Origin: an uncultured Candidatus Saccharibacteria bacterium | Lineage (GTDB): Bacteria; Patescibacteriota; Doudnabacteria; UBA920 | Direction of reading: 5' to 3' | Assembly: GCA_964512925.1 (NCBI GenBank) | Contig: CAZEKH010000002.1 | Span: 122,505-186,504, forward strand | Length of the DNA stretch: 64,000 nucleotides | Part shown: in pieces, positions 9,581 to 24,324 of the stretch | How the letters are laid out: every line of letters begins with the position of its first letter | Position numbering within the stretch: position 1 is the first letter of the stretch | Notes under the pieces: model-generated | What the model was told of the DNA's origin: nothing | Databases searched by the model: none | What the model saw: only the letters and a program-made list of their open reading frames with translations | Made by a program: the position numbers and the translations under genes

Positions 9581-9901
9581 ATCCAAACGAAACTCATAAC
9601 CATATTTTTTAAATCCATACTTAATGTAAAATTTATGTACTTCCTTTCTTTCCGTCCTGCTGGTCCCTATTAATTTATATAGCTTTAATTTTTTTGCTTC
9701 ACTGATGGCTTGGAGTAAAAGTTTGGTGCCTAAACCTTGCCCGCGGACTGATTCATCTACATACAAATCTTCCAAAAGCCCGTAAGCTTTCTTATGTAAA
9801 TCGTTTTGTATAACATATAAAAAAGCTCTTGCGACCTGCTTTTTGCCTTCCTTTACTTCAAATTTGACCACTTTAGATTTTTTAACTGATTTTGAAATCA
9901 T
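9575..9901 (-). CDS. GNAT family N-acetyltransferase
   Basis: The acetyl-CoA-binding motif (VRGQGLGTKLL) is present. The start was trimmed to the internal Met to remove overlap with the upstream gene. Confidence 0.7.
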   Translation of the reverse strand: MISKSVKKSKVVKFEVKEGKKQVARAFLYVIQNDLHKKAYGLLEDLYVDESVRGQGLGTKLLLQAISEAKKLKLYKLIGTSRTERKEVHKFYIKYGFKKYGYEFRLDM

Positions 9902-9908
9902 ATGTCTT

Positions 9909-10886
9909 TTATAATAAATCATAAATAACTTTGGCAAGTTTGTCCGGGTCGTGCCGGATAAAACTTCTTTCCAGCACATCGCCCATTGACCTCTTATAAA
10001 TAATATCAGAAAGCAAGTCTTTTTTTAGAATTTTCATTTCTTTGTTTAAAAAAGTCTTTTTGTTTAGCTCAACAAATTTCGCCCCGGCTTTTCTATACCT
10101 CTCGAGCAAAGCCGGCGCAGGCTTTTTTGTATTGATGACCACGGCGTTAATATCACCCCTTAAATATTTTTTTAGCTCGGAAACGAAATCAAAAGCAGTA
10201 AAACCGTCTGTCTGCCCGGGCTTAGTCATAATATTTATCACAAAAACTTTTTTTGCTTTTGCAGTATGGATTGCATTGACAATGCCAGGCACGAGTAAAT
10301 TTGGAAAAACGCTTGTATACAAATCCCCGGGACCAAATACGATTAAGTCCGCATTAGTTAAGGCCTTTATAACTTCTGGATTAGCTTTTATTTGTCTTTC
10401 CAATCGTAAATCTTTAATCTTAAATCTTAAATTATTTTTTCTCTCGTCTATGTTATGCTCGCCAATTATCTTTTTGCCGTTCGATAATTCTGCGACCAAA
10501 GTGGTAGGGTTTAAAGTCACCGGCAGCACTCTGCCTGTTACTTGCAAAAGCTCTGCCACATCTAACACTGCCCTACTCACACCGCCGGTTAATTTTTCCG
10601 CGCCCGCAATAATCAAATTCCCCAAATTATGCCCCTTAAGCGCGCCTTGGCTAAAACGCATATGGAACAAATCTTTGGTACTTTGCGGCGCGTCGCTCAA
10701 AGCTAAAAGACATTGCCTTAAGTCTCCTGGCGGAAACACCCCAAGCTCTTTTCGTAAAATTCCCGAACTGCCGCCATCGTCCGAAGAAGAAACAACGGCA
10801 GTAAGATTAACTTCAAATTTTTTTAAACCTGAAAGCAAAGTTGAAGTCCCTGTCCCGCCACCTATTATCACAATGCTCTTTTTCAT
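9909..10886 (-). CDS. YvcK/CofD-like (UPF0052, gluconeogenesis-factor family) protein
   Basis: IVIIGGGTGTSTLL at the N-terminus and a length typical of the family. Confidence 0.75.
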   Translation of the reverse strand: MKKSIVIIGGGTGTSTLLSGLKKFEVNLTAVVSSSDDGGSSGILRKELGVFPPGDLRQCLLALSDAPQSTKDLFHMRFSQGALKGHNLGNLIIAGAEKLTGGVSRAVLDVAELLQVTGRVLPVTLNPTTLVAELSNGKKIIGEHNIDERKNNLRFKIKDLRLERQIKANPEVIKALTNADLIVFGPGDLYTSVFPNLLVPGIVNAIHTAKAKKVFVINIMTKPGQTDGFTAFDFVSELKKYLRGDINAVVINTKKPAPALLERYRKAGAKFVELNKKTFLNKEMKILKKDLLSDIIYKRSMGDVLERSFIRHDPDKLAKVIYDLL

Positions 10887-10958
10887 AGATTTTGCACGAA
10901 TGACAGATTATACAGATCTTACAAATATAGACATTTGTACTTTTTGTAAAATTAGTAA

Positions 10959-12152
10959 TTAGTGAATTATTTTCATCTCTCTCCCTACTTCTTCAAAAGC
11001 CCTAACTGCGGTATCCATTTGCTCTTTGGTATGGGCTGCGGAAATCTGCACGCGAATACGGGCTTTGCCTTTAGGCACAACCGGGTAAGTAAACCCGCGC
11101 ACATAAATGCCTTTTTCAAACAGCTTCTTAGCCATTTCCACTGCGATTTTTTCTTCCCCGAGCATAACCGGGGTTATGGGGTGTTTGCCATCCCCGCCCA
11201 AACTAAACCCGAGCTTCTCCATTTCTGTTCTAAAATATTTTGTATTCTGTTCCAATGTTTCGCGATACTGGATAAATTTTGCGTCATAATTCTGCAGCAC
11301 ATACAAAGCGGCATACGCAATCATAGGCGGAAGACTGTTGGAAAACAAAGTTGTCCGGCTGCGTTGATGTAAAAGTTCAATTATTTCTTTTTTTCCCGTG
11401 GCAAAACCCCCACCCGCCCCGCCTAAGGCTTTTCCAAATGTAGATGTTACAATATCAACTTTGTCTAAAACTCCTGCCTGCTCAATACTGCCTCTTCCGG
11501 TTTTACCCAACACCCCGCTAGCGTGGCTGTCGTCCACCATCACCAGTGCCCCATACTTTTCCGCTAAATCACAGATGTCTTTGAGTTTGGCAGTGATCCC
11601 GTCCATGGAAAATACTCCGTCTGTCGCTATTAACTTCCTGCGCCTCTCTCCTGCGGCCTTAAGCTGATTTTCTAGATCCTCTAAGTCAGAATTTTTATAT
11701 CTAAACCTTTCGGCCTTACACAACCGAACTCCGTCTATAATAGAAGCGTGGTTAAGCTCGTCCGAAAAAACAGCATCACCTTCTTTTAAAATAGTTTCAA
11801 AAAGTCCTGTGTTAGCGTCAAAACAAGAAGTGTACGTAATAGCATCTTCTGTGCCAAAAAACTTAGCTATTTCTTTTTCCAAATCTATATGTACTTGAGA
11901 AGTTCCAACAATAAACCGAACACTAGCCTCACCAAAACCGTATTTATCTATTCCCTCTTTTGCTGCCTTGGCCAAGTCACTACTCGAAGCCAAACCTAAA
12001 TAATTATTCGCGCAAAAATTCAATAAAGTTTTACTACCAATAGTTATCTCCGCCCCCTGCTTCCCCTCCAAAACCCCCACATCCTTCCACATCCCCGCAT
12101 TTTTTATCTCCTGAAGTTCATTTTCAAATTGTTGTTTGTAGTTTAGATACAT
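10959..12152 (-). CDS. kbl: 2-amino-3-ketobutyrate CoA ligase (glycine C-acetyltransferase)
   Basis: LNFCANNYLGL and a PLP-lysine region (TFGKALGGAGGG) typical of Kbl/AONS-class enzymes. Paired with tdh. Confidence 0.85.
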   Translation of the reverse strand: MYLNYKQQFENELQEIKNAGMWKDVGVLEGKQGAEITIGSKTLLNFCANNYLGLASSSDLAKAAKEGIDKYGFGEASVRFIVGTSQVHIDLEKEIAKFFGTEDAITYTSCFDANTGLFETILKEGDAVFSDELNHASIIDGVRLCKAERFRYKNSDLEDLENQLKAAGERRRKLIATDGVFSMDGITAKLKDICDLAEKYGALVMVDDSHASGVLGKTGRGSIEQAGVLDKVDIVTSTFGKALGGAGGGFATGKKEIIELLHQRSRTTLFSNSLPPMIAYAALYVLQNYDAKFIQYRETLEQNTKYFRTEMEKLGFSLGGDGKHPITPVMLGEEKIAVEMAKKLFEKGIYVRGFTYPVVPKGKARIRVQISAAHTKEQMDTAVRAFEEVGREMKIIH

Positions 12153-12176
12153 ATAGCGACACTAATACCCGAATTT

Positions 12177-12218
12177 CACACGAATAACACGAATTAGTAT
12201 CATTCGTGTTCTATTCGT
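12177..12218. repeat. Imperfect 17-bp inverted repeat (CACACGAATAACACGAAT / ATTCGTGTTCTATTCGT) between tdh and kbl
   Basis: Read directly from the sequence. It lies between the two cistrons of the operon. Confidence 0.5.
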
Positions 12219-12237
12219 AAATTGGGGTCGGTTAAAT

Positions 12238-13425
12238 TTAAAATTTAATTAATATTTTCGGATTTTCAAGCATCATCTTTTCAAACTTTTCTTTACTATA
12301 ATCTCCAATATTTAGAATTGTGCCATTGCCGTTATTTAGCAAAACATTATACAGCCCATCCGCAATTCTGTTTTGTTTGTCTTCCAAAAGTTTTTGCGTG
12401 GTCTCCCAAGTCTCCCATATCTGCCTGCCAGCTACGCAGTGCATTGTTATGCCCTTCATCACTAGTTTGTTATAGTTTTCAAAAACAAAATCCCCACTTT
12501 TTAAGCCAAACAATATCACATCACCGCCCCGCCTAACTGAAGCAATAGCATTGTTTACCGAGTCGTTAAACCCAGCCATTTCAAAAGCCACATCTACACC
12601 AAGGCCATTCGTCAGCTTTAAAATTTCTGACACAATTTCTTTATTGTGATAATACCCTGTCTGATTCTTAATTCCTAATTCTTCATTATTAATTCTCAAT
12701 ACATGGTCAACACCCAACTTTTTCCCCATTTCCACAGCCTTTTCATTCGGTTCAACTCCAATGATAGTTTTTGCGCCCATACCCTTCAAAATCAAAACCA
12801 AAAACTGAGCAATGGGTCCAAGACCAAAAATTGCTACAGTTTTACCCCTAACATCCACTTTACTTGCGGCGTGAACAGCATTGCCAAAAGGCTCGTGAAG
12901 TACCGCGACCTCTTCCCGGATTTTACCGGTATCTACTTTCCACAAAACCTGCGCCGGCACTTTTGCGTACTGGGCAAACCCGCCGTCCACGCTAATTCCT
13001 AAAATCTTTTCATTGGTACAAACATTCTTCTGTCCGTTTTTGCACTGAAAACATTCGCCACAAACCACATGACTCTCACACGCCACCATATCCCCAACAT
13101 TCACATCTTTAACATTTGATCCTATATCTTTTACTTCGCCAAAAAACTCATGCCCGAGAATACGGTATGTTTTTTTATTTGTGTCATTCGTGTGCAATTT
13201 GTGTATTGGTGTCGCTTCTTGGTCTATTGACCCTAATATTGCCTCTTTAAACGCCATTCTATTCCAAATCCCGCGGTCTGTCCCGCAAACGCCAGCGTAG
13301 TGTACTTTTAAAATAACTTTGTCTTCATCCCCCTCGCCCAAAACCGGCTCAGGTATTTCTCTTAGCTCAAAACCCTTAGTCGTTTCCCAATCTGTTTTAC
13401 TTTTATCGAATATTAATGCTTTCAT
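12238..13425 (-). CDS. tdh: L-threonine 3-dehydrogenase (Zn-dependent MDR)
   Basis: GHEFFGEV zinc-ADH motif and a Rossmann GxGxxA motif. Lies upstream of kbl in the same operon. Carries an N-terminal insertion of about 20 aa. Confidence 0.8.
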   Translation of the reverse strand: MKALIFDKSKTDWETTKGFELREIPEPVLGEGDEDKVILKVHYAGVCGTDRGIWNRMAFKEAILGSIDQEATPIHKLHTNDTNKKTYRILGHEFFGEVKDIGSNVKDVNVGDMVACESHVVCGECFQCKNGQKNVCTNEKILGISVDGGFAQYAKVPAQVLWKVDTGKIREEVAVLHEPFGNAVHAASKVDVRGKTVAIFGLGPIAQFLVLILKGMGAKTIIGVEPNEKAVEMGKKLGVDHVLRINNEELGIKNQTGYYHNKEIVSEILKLTNGLGVDVAFEMAGFNDSVNNAIASVRRGGDVILFGLKSGDFVFENYNKLVMKGITMHCVAGRQIWETWETTQKLLEDKQNRIADGLYNVLLNNGNGTILNIGDYSKEKFEKMMLENPKILIKF

Positions 13426-13480
13426 AGTTAATCATTTTAACATATTAACAAATATAACATTTTATCAAATCTTTTATTTT

Positions 13481-13520
13481 CTGTAGGCATCTGTAGTGAA
13501 TTCTTTTTCGTTGTTCTGTA
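13481..13520. promoter_or_regulatory. Three direct CTGTAG repeats upstream of tdh
   Basis: CTGTAG at 13481, 13491 and 13515, in the glmS-tdh intergenic region. Confidence 0.3.
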
Positions 13521-13521
13521 G

Positions 13522-15348
13522 TTATTCCACTGTCACGCTCTTAGCTAAGTTGCGGGGCCTGTCTACATCCCTCCCTAAAACAACTGCCATATGGTAAGCA
13601 AAAAGCTGTAAGGGTATGGTATTAAGTAAAGGTTCCAGTAGCTCCATAGTTTTTGGCACATAAATCACATCATCCGCTATTTCTTTGACTTCTTCATCGC
13701 CTTCTGTGGCAATAACTAAAACCTTGGCTCCGCGGGCTTTGACTTCCATTACACTGCTTTTCATTTTTTCATAAAGCTGATTTTTCGTCAAAATTGCCAC
13801 CACTGGCACATCTTTAGAAACCAAAGCCAATGGCCCGTGCTTCAAAGACCCTGCCGCAAGTCCTTCAGCGTGGATGTAAGTTATTTCCTCCATCTTTAAA
13901 GCCCCTTCCAAACTAACCGAAAAATTCACCCCCCGACCTATAAACAACATATCTTTGGCAGATGAATATTTTTCAGCAATTTTTTTTATTTCATTATTTA
14001 TTTTCAATACCGCATTCATTTTTTCTGGAATTTTTAAAAGTTCAAATAAAAAATCCTGCCCTGCTTTTTTTTCTATTCCCCTAACCCTGGCAAACTGCAA
14101 ACCATATAAAAATAAAACTGCGATCATATTTGTGTATGCCTTGGTAGATGCTACTGACAACTCAGGCCCAGCATGAATATAGCTCCCGGCGCCGGCTTCC
14201 CTGGCAATAGTAGAACCAATCACATTCACAATACCTCTTACTTTACCCCCTCGTAATCTTGCTTCTCTGGCGGCTATTAGCGTGTCTGCGGTTTCACCGC
14301 TTTGTGAAATTACAAACACCAAAGTTTCCGGCTCTACTATCGGATCGCGGTAACGAAATTCGCTGGAAAAATCTACCTCGCAGGGGATGCGCGACAGACG
14401 CTCAAAGACATTTTTTGCAGCCATTCCTGCATGTCTGGCAGTTCCCTCTGCCACAATCAGAATTCTTTTGATATTCAAAATTTCCTTTTCGTTCATATTT
14501 AAACCGCCCAGAACCGCTGAACCGTTTTCCATATTTAGCCTGCCTCTTATGGCGTCTTCAAAAACTACTGGTTGGTCAAATATTTCTTTAAGCATAAAAT
14601 GCTCATATCCAGTTTTTTGCGCTTCTTCCTTGTTCCATTCAATAGCAACAGAATCTTTTTTTATCTCTTCCTCTTTAAGGTTAATGACCTTTAAACTATT
14701 TGTTCGGATTATGGCAATCTCGCCGTCGTCCAAATATTTTACTTCTTTGGTAAAGGACAGCATTGGAGTAACATCGGAAGCCAAATAATATTCACCAGCT
14801 CCGATGCCTATAACCAAGGGGCTGCCCATCCGAGCCGCGACCAAAAGGTCTGGATGATCCTGATGCAAAACCCCAATTCCATAAGTCCCGCGGACTTTTA
14901 ACAATGCTTGTTTTACTGCCAACGCCAAATCATTTGTATAATATTTGCCTATCAGGTGTCCCAAAACCTCTGTATCGGTTTCGGAAGAAAATTTTATTCC
15001 ATCTTGTTCCAACTCTTTTTTTAATTCCCGATAATTCTCTATGATGCCGTTGTGAGCCAGCGCCAGTTTCCCCGCCAAAGCAAAATGCGGGTGAGCATTG
15101 TCTTCTGTCACCCCGCCGTGGGTTGCCCAACGGGTATGGGCAATGCCAACATTTCCAAACATTTCTTTATTGCCAATTTTTTCTGCCAGTTTATCTACCT
15201 TGCCCACGGCTCGAATTCTGAAAATCTTGCCGTTATCCAAAACTGCCACCCCGGCTGAGTCATAACCGCGGTACTCCAAATCCCGAAGCCCGGAAAGGAG
15301 AATCGGCAGCGCCTGCTTATGTCCAATGTAACCTACAATTCCACACAT
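13522..15348 (-). CDS. glmS: Glutamine--fructose-6-phosphate aminotransferase
   Basis: MCGIVGY N-terminal nucleophile and two SIS domains. 608 aa. Confidence 0.9.
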   Translation of the reverse strand: MCGIVGYIGHKQALPILLSGLRDLEYRGYDSAGVAVLDNGKIFRIRAVGKVDKLAEKIGNKEMFGNVGIAHTRWATHGGVTEDNAHPHFALAGKLALAHNGIIENYRELKKELEQDGIKFSSETDTEVLGHLIGKYYTNDLALAVKQALLKVRGTYGIGVLHQDHPDLLVAARMGSPLVIGIGAGEYYLASDVTPMLSFTKEVKYLDDGEIAIIRTNSLKVINLKEEEIKKDSVAIEWNKEEAQKTGYEHFMLKEIFDQPVVFEDAIRGRLNMENGSAVLGGLNMNEKEILNIKRILIVAEGTARHAGMAAKNVFERLSRIPCEVDFSSEFRYRDPIVEPETLVFVISQSGETADTLIAAREARLRGGKVRGIVNVIGSTIAREAGAGSYIHAGPELSVASTKAYTNMIAVLFLYGLQFARVRGIEKKAGQDFLFELLKIPEKMNAVLKINNEIKKIAEKYSSAKDMLFIGRGVNFSVSLEGALKMEEITYIHAEGLAAGSLKHGPLALVSKDVPVVAILTKNQLYEKMKSSVMEVKARGAKVLVIATEGDEEVKEIADDVIYVPKTMELLEPLLNTIPLQLFAYHMAVVLGRDVDRPRNLAKSVTVE

Positions 15349-15425
15349 TTAATTCACCAATTACGAATTTTACCAATATTACTAATAAATTTGTATAATT
15401 AGTAATATTTGTAATTCGTGCATAA

Positions 15426-16184
15426 TTATAATTTATTCCAGTTAAACTCAAAGATCATTTTTTGGGTTTGAAATATTGCTTGGTTTTGTATCACTACGCC
15501 CATAGGCTCTTCTTTTTCGTCCAGGCTGATGTGAGCAACTTTGCCGGCATAGATTATTTCGTGAGTAGATCCGACTTTTACCCCAGACCCAGAGACAGTG
15601 GATGGAATCGGCATATACTTTCTTTCATCCAAACCCATAAGCTGCCCCCCTTCGCCCAAAGAAATTATTTTTACCCCGATTTTTTTCGCAATTCTTTTTT
15701 TACTAAAGTCCGGCATATCCGCATACACGCTTTTTCTGTCCTTGGTGGTAGATGAGGAATACAGATAATATTCTTTTTCACCACAAGCCAAAACGTCTTC
15801 CAAAATTTGTTTTATGCCTTTAGCTCCCTCATAGAGTTTGACTGTGGGTTTGCCTCCCTGTTTTTCAAACAAAGTTTTTATATATGGCAGGCTGTTTTCC
15901 ACATTTTTTCTGACTTCGTCCAAATCTTCCTTTTTTTGGTCTATGGCAGAAAGCAGCTTTTCCGGTTGTTCCGCAACAAAATATTGCTTACTCTCTTTGT
16001 TAAAATAAGAAACTATACCCATTCCGATAAGCGACTTTAAAATGTCATACGAAGTGCCGCGGTTAACTTTGGATTTAAAAGCAATCTCTCGAACCGAAGA
16101 AGGACCTAACTCTACCAAGGCCAGGTAAACTGAAATTTCTTTTTCTGACAGGCCAAAATTTTTCAAAATTATCTGAATTTCCAT
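15426..16184 (-). CDS. TrmB-family transcriptional regulator
   Basis: N-terminal winged HTH (LSEKEISVYLALVELGPSSVREIA) and a TrmB-like C-terminal domain. Confidence 0.65.
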   Translation of the reverse strand: MEIQIILKNFGLSEKEISVYLALVELGPSSVREIAFKSKVNRGTSYDILKSLIGMGIVSYFNKESKQYFVAEQPEKLLSAIDQKKEDLDEVRKNVENSLPYIKTLFEKQGGKPTVKLYEGAKGIKQILEDVLACGEKEYYLYSSSTTKDRKSVYADMPDFSKKRIAKKIGVKIISLGEGGQLMGLDERKYMPIPSTVSGSGVKVGSTHEIIYAGKVAHISLDEKEEPMGVVIQNQAIFQTQKMIFEFNWNKL

Positions 16185-16312
16185 AGATATCTATCTTAAA
16201 ACTAAGATACAATTTTGTCAAATATTTTTCTACAATTTCTGTGGATAATCAAAATACCTTATAAATATAAGGTATTTTGATTTAATTTTTTTAATGTTTT
16301 TTCTACAAATAT

Positions 16313-16843
16313 TTATTTCACGTAAATATAAATCTCATGATTGTCAGGTCTGTAAATTTTTTCCTGGTAAGAAAGTGTTGGAAAAGGAAAATCCCGCACT
16401 ACTGCTTTTGATCCCGGCTTCATCTCGCCTAAAAATTTTTCTTCTATCCTTCGCATTAGCGGTGGATAAAGATAGCAGTATATCACATCCGCCTCTGACC
16501 AATTTTCCTTAAAAAAATCTTTTCTTATAAATTTTGCCTTGGAATTTTTAAAGCAAGCTTTCACCCGAGCGAAAAAATGGGTCCAGCGGGTCAGCTCAAA
16601 GCCCACCACTTTGGCTCCGCTTAGTTCTTCGGCGAAAAAACACACCTTGCCATTGCCGCTACCCAGGTCAAAAAATACTTCCGTTGGCTTTAAATTTATT
16701 TTTTTTATAATATATTCTATGTCTTTTCGGCTCGTCGGCACAAACGGCACTCGAGTCCTTAAAAAGCCAAAAAACGCGCTGGAAATCACAAACACCAAAA
16801 CCAGGGTAAACAGCAAAAAAACAATTAAAAAAGCTAAATACAT
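16313..16843 (-). CDS. Membrane-anchored class I SAM-dependent methyltransferase
   Basis: N-terminal transmembrane helix followed by the FFDLGSGNGKV motif I. Confidence 0.6.
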   Translation of the reverse strand: MYLAFLIVFLLFTLVLVFVISSAFFGFLRTRVPFVPTSRKDIEYIIKKINLKPTEVFFDLGSGNGKVCFFAEELSGAKVVGFELTRWTHFFARVKACFKNSKAKFIRKDFFKENWSEADVIYCYLYPPLMRRIEEKFLGEMKPGSKAVVRDFPFPTLSYQEKIYRPDNHEIYIYVK

Positions 16844-16883
16844 ATTCTAAAGTATAATGGAAAATAAAAAATTGTAAAATTCA

Positions 16884-16914
16884 AAAGCCTCGCTTTTTAA
16901 GCGAGGCTTTTGTT
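16884..16914. terminator. Bidirectional rho-independent terminator downstream of the 5S rRNA
   Basis: aaagcctcgc-ttttta-gcgaggcttt, with T/A runs on both sides. Confidence 0.65.
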
Positions 16915-16918
16915 ATAG

Positions 16919-17036
16919 TGGGCAGCTACCTACTTTTGCGCTAGCATTCACTAGACTATCATCGGCCAAGATACGTTTGACTTCCGAGTTCGGGATGGGA
17001 TCGGGTCGTTCCTTACCTTGAAATGCCACCCGCCAC
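16919..17036 (-). rRNA. rrf: 5S ribosomal RNA
   Basis: The reverse complement contains the conserved CCCGATCCCATCCCGAACTCGGAAGT 5S core. Confidence 0.8.
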
Positions 17037-17101
17037 CCCGCCTTTTCTATGAAAGGGCGGGATAACTGATTGCATTAGATATAGCTTCCGCGTTTATCTG
17101 C

Positions 17102-17120
17102 ATCCGCCAGCTGGCGGATC
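17102..17120. repeat. Palindrome ATCCGCCAGCTGGCGGAT in the 23S-5S spacer
   Basis: Identical to the palindrome at 21308..21324 on the other side of the 23S gene. Confidence 0.7.
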
Positions 17121-17235
17121 CGCGTTGTCTAATATAAATTGAATATTGGGTACAGCAAATTTGAAAAGTTGAACCGCTCAGAATGGCTGATATAAAATCA
17201 AAGCCACAAATCGCTAGTCAAAATAGATTAAAACT

Positions 17236-20868
<3,633 letters not shown>

Positions 20869-21307
20869 GCGATTTGTAGTTTTCATTAATGTAAATTAAA
20901 TCAAACCATCCCAATTTCATCGGGAAACATTACTAAGGAATTAATAATGCGAAATCGCCAGAACACGATTCAATGTTTGCAATTTCATAAAATATTTACG
21001 AAATTGCGATTTATATATCTCCACATTTCTGCGGAGTTTAATACATACTTTTGAACTTACTTACAACTAACATCTTTTTCGGCTGAAAAAAATGTTAATC
21101 TTACCCAATATTCAATTTTTAAAGTGCTATGGACGGAAGATTTCCATCCACATAGCTACTGCCCAGTACCAGAGTTTCAACTAGCCTGATTCCCTAAGTA
21201 AAAGTGGAAAGGCCGGAATCTGTGAGCAGTATTTATGCAGATGTAATTTTTATAACCTCGCTTCGTGGAAAGAACTTATGCTTTATTTATAACTCTGAAC
21301 ACTCTTC

Positions 21308-21324
21308 TCCGCCAGCTGGCGGAT
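21308..21324. repeat. Palindrome TCCGCCAGCTGGCGGAT upstream of the 23S gene
   Basis: Second copy of the 17102 palindrome. The two flank the 23S gene. Confidence 0.7.
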
Positions 21325-21684
21325 TTGGCGGATTGTTCTCTATAACATTTAATTAAAGTGAACAAAAAAACCGCTTGCGCGGTATGTAAAGGCACACATT
21401 AAGATGGCCGTTTACATAAACCGCTTGAATGTGAAAGTTAATGAGTGTAAAACCATAATATTTATAGACTTTTTTTAGGTTTTTTACTGTACTGCTAATA
21501 TTAGACTTTTTTTAACCTACTGTCAAGAGAGTCGCTAAAAAATAATAAAATATTATTCCGCTTAAATAAGCGGTCAGCTAAAAATCTTATGCCCACAAAG
21601 TCCACAGGAAATACACATTTTCATCTGCGTATCTCATAACCTATTCAACATCAAGTAAATTACTTAACTTCAAAACCCGAATTA

Positions 21685-23742
<2,058 letters not shown>

Positions 23743-23876
23743 TTAAAAAAAATAAATTTGTACTTTTATTATACCTCAAACCCGAAAGTTTTTGTAAAAA
23801 ACAGCTTATCCACAATTGAAAATTAGCTTAAAATCTTATATACTGTATTTACAAGCTGTTCTTCCTAAAAAAACAA

Positions 23877-24281
23877 ATGCAAAATTTCTCAAAAAAAATT
23901 GAGCTTTCTCCCAGACTTAAATTAAGCGTTGGCAGGAGCTATACGCAAAACCAAACATTTAAATATACTGCCATTTTCTGCCTGATTTTAGCCATAGGAC
24001 TTGCGGGCAATGCTATCCGCATAGTATTTAAAGCGGATCAAGACTCAAAACAGGCAAAAGAAAACATTATCCTTCCCCAAGTGCTAGGAGTAACTGACGA
24101 CAGGACTAAAAACACAGACAATCCTGAGGTTATTGAGTATAAAGTTCAAAAAGGAGATACTTTGTTTAACCTCAGTCAAAAATACAATATTTCCTGGGCA
24201 ACCTTAGCCACCTTAAATAACCTCAAGAGTCCTTTCACCCTTCAGCCAGGACAAACGATCAAAATTCCACGTTATTTTTAA
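23877..24281 (+). CDS. LysM-domain peptidoglycan-binding protein with an N-terminal TM helix
   Basis: YKVQKGDTLFNLSQKYNISWATLATLNNL...GQTIKIP is a LysM motif. Confidence 0.7.
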   Translation: MQNFSKKIELSPRLKLSVGRSYTQNQTFKYTAIFCLILAIGLAGNAIRIVFKADQDSKQAKENIILPQVLGVTDDRTKNTDNPEVIEYKVQKGDTLFNLSQKYNISWATLATLNNLKSPFTLQPGQTIKIPRYF

Positions 24282-24307
24282 AACCCTCCACTATTTAGGA
24301 GGGTTTT
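24281..24307. terminator. Bidirectional terminator between the LysM gene and the pilus locus
   Basis: aaaccctcc-actattt-aggagggtttt. Confidence 0.65.
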
Positions 24308-24324
24308 AAAATTGTTTGTTTTTT

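Noticed and set aside
10042-10962. 306-aa ORF on the plus strand
   Set aside because: Entirely antisense to the well-supported yvcK-like gene. Low-complexity translation and no RBS.
12050-12110. G/C-rich stretch in the kbl 5' region that resembles the CCCTCCCC elements
   Set aside because: The encoded segment (AGMWKDVGVLEGKQGAEI) aligns to normal Kbl length with no extra peptide, and there is no hairpin. Probably ordinary coding sequence.
20869-21684. Searched for a 16S rRNA gene or a promoter-proximal ORF upstream of the 23S
   Set aside because: No 16S signatures (for example GTGCCAGCAGCCGCGGTAA or AAGTCGTAACAAGG) were found, only AT-rich non-coding DNA with scattered hairpins.
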